Source of the DNA: Candidatus Jordarchaeia archaeon
GTDB taxonomy: Archaea > Asgardarchaeota > Jordiarchaeia > Jordiarchaeales > Jordiarchaeaceae
Reading direction: 5' to 3'
Assembly: GCA_029856435.1 (NCBI GenBank)
Contig: JAHQXB010000077.1
Span: 1-11,460 of the forward strand
DNA length: 11,460 bases
Part shown: piece by piece, positions 1 through 5,873 of the stretch
Layout of the letters: each line of letters begins with the position of its first letter
How positions within the stretch are numbered: position 1 is the stretch's first letter
The notes under the pieces: model-generated
Told to the model about the DNA's origin: nothing
What the model saw: only the letters and a program-made list of their open reading frames with translations
The model's database searches: none
Made by a program: the position numbers and the translations under genes

Positions 1-2
1 CT

Positions 3-218
3 GCAATCAACCTGTACCTGAAGATGGAGGGAGTTCCCCACGAGAGAGGATTGTGGGACAAAAACATCCTCCCAACTCTTGTGGGCGGGTGCTTCCAGAC
101 AGGGGCGGAGCAGAAGGCTCCCTATGAACTCGTGAGGGAGCTATATGATGTTGTGAAGCCTCAGCTCTACTACGCATACAGCAGGTATGATGACGCATAC
201 CTACCTATGCTTATATAG
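3..218 (+). CDS. tnpB: 3' end of probable TnpB (RNA-guided endonuclease, IS200/IS605 or IS607 OrfB); 5'-truncated by the window edge
   Basis: Frame is open from position 3: AINLYLKMEGVPHERGLW...AYLPMLI*. 'AINLY' matches the tail of the TnpB RuvC-III motif (DRDxNAAxNI), followed by a low-conservation tail typical of tnpB ends that overlap the omegaRNA. The DRD part lies outside the window, so the call is not proven. Confidence 0.6.
   Translation, partial: AINLYLKMEGVPHERGLWDKNILPTLVGGCFQTGAEQKAPYELVRELYDVVKPQLYYAYSRYDDAYLPMLI
117..141 (+). ncRNA. Hairpin inside the tnpB 3' tail, candidate part of the omegaRNA scaffold
   Basis: GCTCCCT (117-123) pairs perfectly with AGGGAGC (135-141), 11-nt loop. 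TnpB omegaRNAs are known to overlap the gene's 3' end. The role of this hairpin is inferred. Confidence 0.3.
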
Positions 219-246
219 AGTGAAACCCAAACTCGTGGCCAACAGA

Positions 247-480
247 GTGAACTACCCCGCCCCAACGGACAGGGCTTCCAGCGTTTAGAGTAGGCTTTAC
301 GCCCATCTCCTCATCTGCTGGTTCGGGGGGCTCACGGCTCCCCCATCCCATAGAGCTCGTTACCCTATGGGCTATACTTACACACGCATTCAGGTCTCTG
401 TCGTATTTTCTGCAAGGGAACAGGTACTGTTAACCTGATGTCACTTATTGTGGGCAGGTTTGTGGTGTGTAGGGAATGTC
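247..480 (-). pseudogene. tnpB: Degenerate tnpB C-terminus (zinc-finger and RuvC-III remnant)
   Basis: Minus frame from 480 reads DIPYTPQTCPQ*VTSG*QYLFPCRKYDRDLNACVSIAHRVTSSMGWGSREPPEPADEEMGVKPTLNAGSPVRWGGVVH. YTxQTCP and DRDLNA (402-385) are TnpB hallmarks. There are two in-frame stops and the zinc finger is shortened. The frame runs on past the element end to TAA at 213-211. Confidence 0.8.
255..274 (-). repeat. IS200/IS605 right-end subterminal hairpin
   Basis: Plus strand CCCCGCCC-CAAC-GGACAGGG: stem, C:A mismatch, 2 bp, 4-nt loop, with one extra mismatch at 258/271. It lies 8 nt from the TTCAC end. Confidence 0.7.
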
Positions 481-660
481 TTGGTTTAAGCCTAAATTCG
501 GCGTTTAAGGCAGAGGAAAATACTCATTTGAGGCGTAGAAGGTGGGGAAAAGTTACAAAACAGCACTAAATCGCAACTGGAGACGCTGAGGAAGCTGTGC
601 CAGGGAACATCCCAAAAACTTTTTAGATTGTAAGAGTTATTTAAGTTCAACCGAATTCAT

Positions 661-680
661 CCCCTCCCTTTCGGAAGGGG
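661..680 (-). repeat. IS200/IS605 left-end subterminal hairpin
   Basis: Plus strand CCCCTCCC-TTTC-GGAAGGGG: 5 bp, C:A mismatch, 2 bp, 4-nt loop, the same geometry as the right-end hairpin. Confidence 0.65.
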
Positions 681-727
681 TCTTCTTGCGAAATGTAGAT
701 AAAAATGAGATTTTTGCGTTTTATGTT

Positions 728-2200
728 TTATTCTTCTGGTTCTGCTTTTTCCACGATGAGTGTTAGCCCTTGTACTTTTACTACTTTTATTTTTGCCCCT
801 GTGATTATTGGTTTTCCGTCGTGTGATTTTGCGCTCCAAGTTTCTGATGCTACTAGCACCTGTCCTTTTGGTGTTAGGTCAGTTGTTGCTTTGCCGGTTT
901 TTCCAACTAGTTTTTCAATGTCTAGTTCTTTGCCTATTTTTCTGGTTTCCCCCACTTTGTAGACGAGGTAGGCGAAGAATGCTGATATGAAGAGGGATAC
1001 GAGAACCACTGTGACTATTACGGTTTGTATAAAATTGGAGGTAATTAGCCAGTTTGATGTGGGAAAGATGAGTATTGCTCCCAGTATGAAGCAGGCTGTG
1101 CCACCTGCTGCCAGTGCAAAGGTGTGGGTTTTCAGTTCCAGAATAAACATTATGAATCCGAAAACGAAGAGCAGCATGGAGGCAAAACTAAATCCTAGGA
1201 TGCCTAAGCCGGCTAGTCCCAGAATCAGAGAAATGCCACCTATTATTTCTGCTCCGAAACCCGGAGTTTTGAGACCTACGACGATGGCGAACAAACCCAC
1301 TATGAGCAGAATATAGGTTACATAGGGATTCACTATGATTCTTAAAGCATTGTATTGTAATGGTTTTTCGTAATAGTATATTATTGGGCTGTCGCTTATT
1401 CCCGCAAAGTCAACTTGACTCACTGGACTATAAGAGGGGGCGTCTGCTGTGGGTACCAGCTTCCAGGCTAGTGTGCCTGTGGGTGAGTTATACCTTATTA
1501 GGGACTTGTCTTCCAGTTGTTGGAGGAGCCCATAGAGGTCGTTGGCTACTATTTCTATTATGCCTGCGTCTTTGGCGTTTTGGGGTAAAAGATAAAGGTT
1601 AAGGGCAACGAGTTGCTGAGCTATTGCTACGTTTCTGTCGTGGAGGAGCGCGTGGGTATACATTAATCCAATCATTGAATACGCGTATCTTGCGTCATAG
1701 CCTAGCTGCCACCCCTGTGCTGGTTGGGCTGAGCCTATAAGGGTGCCCTGAGACATTGCGGCGATGTGGCTGGACATAAGTAGGTAGGTTCCTCCACTCC
1801 AAGCTGTGGAGCCGAAGGGAGCCACAAAAACGCATATGGGTATGCCGCTTGCCTCAAACATGTTCATAATGTTCTGAACGGCGCTTAACTCGCCACCCGG
1901 GGTGTTTAAGAAAACCACAATTAGGTCAACCTGGGCGTAAACAGCCTTAAACATGGCGTCTTGGATCATCAGCTCGGTGGAGTGTGTCACCTCTTCATCT
2001 ATGGTTAATATCATTACTGTTTTGGAAAATGCCTGTTTGCAGTCAATCTTCTGTGCTTGGTAATGATTCGCAGTCAAATACTGGCTCCAGCCCAAGAAGT
2101 ACTTTTGATCATCTTGGCCCTGTGTTAGCAACCCAAATCCTAAGGGCAACAGTAGCAAGATTACAAAAAGGAAAATGGTAATCTTCCTCAAGACCTCCAC
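728..2200 (-). CDS. nfeD: NfeD family membrane-bound serine protease (ClpP class, long form) with C-terminal NfeD OB-fold
   Basis: 490 aa. N-terminal hydrophobic signal/TM segment; LNTPGG, AWSGG (Ser135), AAMSQGTLIGSAQP and DRN motifs; NPYVTYILLIVG...TPG hydrophobic bundle; C-terminal LVGKTGKATTDLTPKGQVLVASETWSA...IKVVKVQGLTLIV. Confidence 0.93.
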   Translation of the reverse strand: MEVLRKITIFLFVILLLLPLGFGLLTQGQDDQKYFLGWSQYLTANHYQAQKIDCKQAFSKTVMILTIDEEVTHSTELMIQDAMFKAVYAQVDLIVVFLNTPGGELSAVQNIMNMFEASGIPICVFVAPFGSTAWSGGTYLLMSSHIAAMSQGTLIGSAQPAQGWQLGYDARYAYSMIGLMYTHALLHDRNVAIAQQLVALNLYLLPQNAKDAGIIEIVANDLYGLLQQLEDKSLIRYNSPTGTLAWKLVPTADAPSYSPVSQVDFAGISDSPIIYYYEKPLQYNALRIIVNPYVTYILLIVGLFAIVVGLKTPGFGAEIIGGISLILGLAGLGILGFSFASMLLFVFGFIMFILELKTHTFALAAGGTACFILGAILIFPTSNWLITSNFIQTVIVTVVLVSLFISAFFAYLVYKVGETRKIGKELDIEKLVGKTGKATTDLTPKGQVLVASETWSAKSHDGKPIITGAKIKVVKVQGLTLIVEKAEPEE

Positions 2201-2462
2201 CTATAGCTCTTCACTCCACAATAATAGTTTCCATCAGGACAAATAAACTTTTTTAAAAATTCAGTTATGAAAAAGTTGACTGCAAAATTATGGATGGATG
2301 ACAAATTGGTTATTAATTCTGGTTGAAAACAATTTTTCTCTCGCGTTTTAAGGGCCTTCACTTCACATTTAAAAGAAGTAGGAATTCCTTTCTAATTGCA
2401 AGGGAGGCCTCTTAAACAAATTTTTTGACTTTTTTGGGGAAGAGTCCTTTAAAGAAGGGGGT

Positions 2463-4154
2463 TTAGTCCTTTGTGATTTTTAAAACGCATTTATTTTCTG
2501 TTAGAGAAGGCTCACTTGCTCTGATTTTGGTTTTTACGCCCATAGCTTCTAGCAGCGCTTCTAGGTATGCTGTACAGACATTGTGAAATGTTTTTTCTTT
2601 GTTTTGGTGGGGGCAGTTAATAATCTGGTATGTTATAGCCTCTTCTTCCTGTTTTAGCAGTGTGGCTTCCAAGCCCAAGCAGCTTAGTATTAGTTGGGGC
2701 ATTTTTTCGGGAATTTTCTGGAAGGTTAGATTTGTTCCCCTGAAAATTTCTTTGTTTTTTCTAATTGCGTTCTCTTTGAATTCTTCAAGTTTCACTTTGG
2801 TAATTGAAATTAGGGGCGCCAGCAGCTCTAAGGATTCCAAATAGATCATTTTTGGGAGCGAACCACTAACGCCTCCTTTTGTGGCAATAAATTCGCATTC
2901 TTCGTCGCCCAATCCTAAACACTTTGTTTCTTCTACATAGTAGTGAAACCCATAAGCCACGTCCAGAACTCCTCTAATAAATCCGCGCTGAATAAAGCAG
3001 ATTGGCTGTTTGAATTTTCTCAAGCTGTTAATGAATGGTGAATTTTTAGTCCGGATTATGACTTTAAGCTTGTCCCCCTCTGCCATTAATGAAGAGTTCC
3101 CCCAGCCTACAATTGTGCCTGTGGCCAGGCAGCTCTCAGCAATTTTGTCGCCCTGAAGCTTGTATTTCTCCTTGAAAATCTGCGCTAAAGCCCTTCCATT
3201 TTCATAACCAGCGTAAACAAGGAAATCTTTCACCTTTTCCAAGAGATCGGCTTCGCCAGCCTTTTTTATAATGTTCAAAATTTGGCTGGCAGGCATCACA
3301 AGAAACCTAGCAAACTCGTCATAGAAGGGTAACCTGAGGATTCCCGGAGTATCCATGGTGAGCATTTTTCTAAATTCTTCAAAGGAGGTAACTATTTCGC
3401 TCGACAGCAGGAATTTTCTGCTTCGAATGTCTACAGAGTATGTTACTAAATCAGTTACGCAGGCTAATCCCGCATTTTTGAGTATTCTTATGTGTTTTGT
3501 TGATGTTCCATCTTTTTCTGTTGCTTTGAGTTCAATCACAGTGTCGAATATGTGTTTGGCGGTTTCAACCACCTGTTTGGGATGCATTTCTACATTCATC
3601 ACTGTGTAGGCCACATCTCTGAGAGTTTTTATTTTTGACCTAAAGTTCCAGATGAATCTTAGCACCTTATCTGGGTCACCAACAGTAAATATGGTGGTTG
3701 AGAGCTGATTGTATATCCAGGAAACCTTCATTCCGGGGGCGGGAATACCCTTCAGTTTGTCGTCTCTAAACGTGCTTACGTGGTAAAAAACATGGTTTAG
3801 GTCGTGGGGCTTCTCTACCACAACAATATTAGAGTTCTCCGAGGTTTGAACACCCATGGAGGAACTGAACAAATCTATATAAAACAGGCGATTTTCCCTC
3901 AACGCGGCAGCGGCAATCTCTGGCGCGTATAGTTGTGGAAAGGTTTCGTTTGGTGGATCCGTGGTTAGAAGAATAACGTTTTCTCCCCTTTCCAGAATGT
4001 TGAGACAGATTATTCCAAGAAGTGCAGATGCTTCTTGAGCATTTTGACCTTCGCAAAGGATTAGAACGGTGGATCCTCTAGGAACGCCACCGCCTAGTAG
4101 TTTATCTAGTTCGGCTATTCCTGTGCTTGCAAGTGCCAATTTTTGTTCCCCCAT
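2463..4154 (-). CDS. Inactivated KaiC/RAD55-like ATPase domain fused to a V4R domain and a C-terminal V4R-like domain (putative signal-transduction protein)
   Basis: 563 aa. STGIAELDKLLGGGVPRGSTVLI is the classic KaiC/RecA-fold start, but Walker A and B are degenerate. V4R motifs at about aa 265-426 (G..NG, VGWG, NSPF, PIC..RGFIRG, EETKCLGLGDEECEF). A second CPH...VC..YLEALLEAMG...C domain lies at about aa 440-563. Confidence 0.85.
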   Translation of the reverse strand: MGEQKLALASTGIAELDKLLGGGVPRGSTVLILCEGQNAQEASALLGIICLNILERGENVILLTTDPPNETFPQLYAPEIAAAALRENRLFYIDLFSSSMGVQTSENSNIVVVEKPHDLNHVFYHVSTFRDDKLKGIPAPGMKVSWIYNQLSTTIFTVGDPDKVLRFIWNFRSKIKTLRDVAYTVMNVEMHPKQVVETAKHIFDTVIELKATEKDGTSTKHIRILKNAGLACVTDLVTYSVDIRSRKFLLSSEIVTSFEEFRKMLTMDTPGILRLPFYDEFARFLVMPASQILNIIKKAGEADLLEKVKDFLVYAGYENGRALAQIFKEKYKLQGDKIAESCLATGTIVGWGNSSLMAEGDKLKVIIRTKNSPFINSLRKFKQPICFIQRGFIRGVLDVAYGFHYYVEETKCLGLGDEECEFIATKGGVSGSLPKMIYLESLELLAPLISITKVKLEEFKENAIRKNKEIFRGTNLTFQKIPEKMPQLILSCLGLEATLLKQEEEAITYQIINCPHQNKEKTFHNVCTAYLEALLEAMGVKTKIRASEPSLTENKCVLKITKD

Positions 4155-4346
4155 TTTATCTCTACTTAATTAATTGTCGTTATTGTTTCTTATGTTTTTT
4201 GAATTTACATGTATCTGTAATATTGGTTGTTGTGGTTAATGTTAAAGTTTGCGCTTAACCAAAAGCAGCAACTCACCTAATATTCCTGTTTTCTATACTG
4301 AAAAGTTAAACGTTGATTAACCCATTTTTAGCAGTGTTTTTATAGT

Positions 4347-4370
4347 AAAAATAAATCTAAAAAATAAAAA
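4347..4370 (-). terminator. Candidate oligo(T) terminator of the C69 peptidase gene
   Basis: Three T5-T6 runs on the minus strand, 11-34 nt after the stop codon. Confidence 0.4.
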
Positions 4371-4380
4371 TGTTTGAAGA

Positions 4381-5721
4381 TTAAGGCTTTATTCCTGCTG
4401 CCTCATTCACGCTCTTTAGAAAGTTTAGATATTCACTTTTTGTGGGTGTGACTGGTTTTGTTTTTTCCACAGTTTTAAGCCATTCTTTATTCTTCTTGGC
4501 CACGGTTTCCACACATTTCTTCGTGAAGTTTTCCAGTAAATTGACTGCTTCTCCGAGGGGGAGGTCAAGTGCCTTCTTCCTAATTTTACTCGCCTCTTCC
4601 AAGAATTTAGACTGTAAAGTCTCTATTTCGGGAAAGATTAGGCTTGCCCTTTGGGGATAGTCTTCCTGTATCTTCCGAGCCAGTTTTTCGTGGTTCCACC
4701 AGAAGGAGGACTCGCTGAATTTTCCATTACCCTTACTTAGAGTCTCTGGGATCTCTATGCCCATAAAGAACGGCATATAAACGCTTATGCAGGGGTTGGA
4801 GCCTCCGGTTAGCCAGTGCGTTTGAAGTTCCTCTGTAAGGTGACCCACGTAGCTACCTGTAGATTGGCTGATTTCTAGATGTCCAGAGTGCATACAAACA
4901 GTGGTTACCTGTTTGTCGGGGTTCCACTCCTTTAAGCTCATTCCCCCATGGTCTCGCAGATAATTCATCATATCCTTAACGTTTATTTTACCCTTATTTT
5001 CTTGAAGGAGCCCTAATGACCGCTTGAACCGCTGATCACAGTGCACAATCTCCCTCATGCCGGGCTCGCCGTAGCACTCTGCGAAGTTGAAGTCCTTCGT
5101 AGAATTGCACCAACCCTTATTGATTGCATGCTCCACCAGGTTTGGTGATGCTAAGTCCCAGTCCTTGCCTATGGTGTAACCGTTTGAAATTGAGCGGACA
5201 TCCTTGACACATTCTGCAACCCAGTACTTGTCAGCGGTTTCCAAAACCCAAGCTTCGTTGGGATCGGCAATAATGAAGGAGTTATGATACTTTAGTTGCG
5301 CGTCTAGGAAGCAGTTTCCTCCCTGACCATATTTTTCCAGAAGCTCGGTCATAACTTCAAGAGCTCTCCTAGCGGTTTCTCCCCTTTCTAACCCCAGTCT
5401 GAGAAGATCCATGCCCAGAAGTCCAGTGTCAGCGTAGGGTTCCTTAGACCAGACAGCTTCGTTGCCGATGGCTACACCGAACTCGTTAACCCCCATCTCA
5501 GCACCCCAAATCCAAAACGGAGACGAAAGAATCACTTCGAGAGTTTCTGGAACTTGTGGTATCTCAATGTAGGTGCACTTAACCTTAGAACCCTCGGGAT
5601 GCTCCATCCTAGGAATGTGCCTGATTACTTGTGCTTCGTTCGGCGGTCTATCACTATTCTTTCCAAAAATCACTGAGCCGTCCTCGGTGGAGTTTCCTAG
5701 GGCTACAAGCGTGTCACACAT
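4381..5721 (-). CDS. Peptidase C69 family, secernin-like Ntn-hydrolase (dipeptidase)
   Basis: Start reassigned to ATG at 5721 (446 aa): it gives M-CDTLVAL with the nucleophilic Cys at position 2 and has GAGGTG 6 nt upstream. Motifs GKNSDRP, WGAEMGVNEFGVAIGNEAV, LLGMDLLRLGLERG, YGQGGNC, YHNSFIIAD, EAWVLETA and CMH. Confidence 0.92.
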   Translation of the reverse strand: MCDTLVALGNSTEDGSVIFGKNSDRPPNEAQVIRHIPRMEHPEGSKVKCTYIEIPQVPETLEVILSSPFWIWGAEMGVNEFGVAIGNEAVWSKEPYADTGLLGMDLLRLGLERGETARRALEVMTELLEKYGQGGNCFLDAQLKYHNSFIIADPNEAWVLETADKYWVAECVKDVRSISNGYTIGKDWDLASPNLVEHAINKGWCNSTKDFNFAECYGEPGMREIVHCDQRFKRSLGLLQENKGKINVKDMMNYLRDHGGMSLKEWNPDKQVTTVCMHSGHLEISQSTGSYVGHLTEELQTHWLTGGSNPCISVYMPFFMGIEIPETLSKGNGKFSESSFWWNHEKLARKIQEDYPQRASLIFPEIETLQSKFLEEASKIRKKALDLPLGEAVNLLENFTKKCVETVAKKNKEWLKTVEKTKPVTPTKSEYLNFLKSVNEAAGIKP

Positions 5722-5727
5722 ACAAAG

Positions 5728-5763
5728 CACCTCACAGAAAATAGGTAAATGAGTAATATATAA
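5728..5763 (-). promoter_or_regulatory. TATA box (TTATATAT, 5763-5756) and RBS (GAGGTG, 5733-5728) of the C69 gene
   Basis: TATA-like box about 35 nt upstream of the ATG at 5721, with the RBS between them; spacing fits an archaeal leadered promoter. Confidence 0.5.
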
Positions 5764-5785
5764 GTCTATCAATTAAAATGAGAAT

Positions 5786-5804
5786 AAAAAAGCTGTACAA
5801 AAAA
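5786..5804 (-). terminator. Candidate oligo(T) terminator of the helicase gene
   Basis: Two T6 runs on the minus strand (5804-5799 and 5791-5786), just upstream of the next gene's TATA box. Confidence 0.35.
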
Positions 5805-5873
5805 GGGCTAATTGGGTGGCGAAACCATTAAAGGCTCACCGTCTATGATTCAGAACATTTTTTACAAGAGGGT

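Larger units (their letters stand above)
247..698 (-). mobile_element. Miniature non-autonomous IS200/IS605-family element (~452 bp)
   Basis: Two same-architecture imperfect hairpins in the same orientation (255-274 and 661-680). On the minus strand the right end reads GGAAGCCCTGTCCGTTGGGGCGGGGTAGTTCAC, ending at 247. The candidate left end lies 18 nt upstream of its hairpin, just after TTTAT (703-699). A tnpB remnant lies between them and there is no intact tnpA or tnpB. The left boundary is inferred. Confidence 0.7.

Noticed and set aside
7-198. 63-aa minus-strand ORF
   Set aside because: Antisense to the TnpB-like tail, with no recognisable motifs.
560-625. Minus-strand peptide NLKSFWDVPWHSFLSV resembling the TnpB 'KSISDAGW' helix
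   Set aside because: Suggestive but short, in a different frame from the clear remnant and spaced too far from it; not called separately.
657-1602. ORFs 657-839, 705-962, 808-990, 987-1316 and 1360-1602
   Set aside because: Shadow frames of the well-supported nfeD gene, with biased composition and no motifs.
1984-4660. ORFs 1984-2181, 2599-2844, 3355-3609, 3829-4056 and 4442-4660
   Set aside because: All lie inside longer, motif-supported genes as antisense or alternate frames.
5722-5772. N-terminal 17 codons of the ORF-track C69 call
   Set aside because: They overlap the TATA box and RBS, and the family needs the catalytic Cys at the mature N-terminus.
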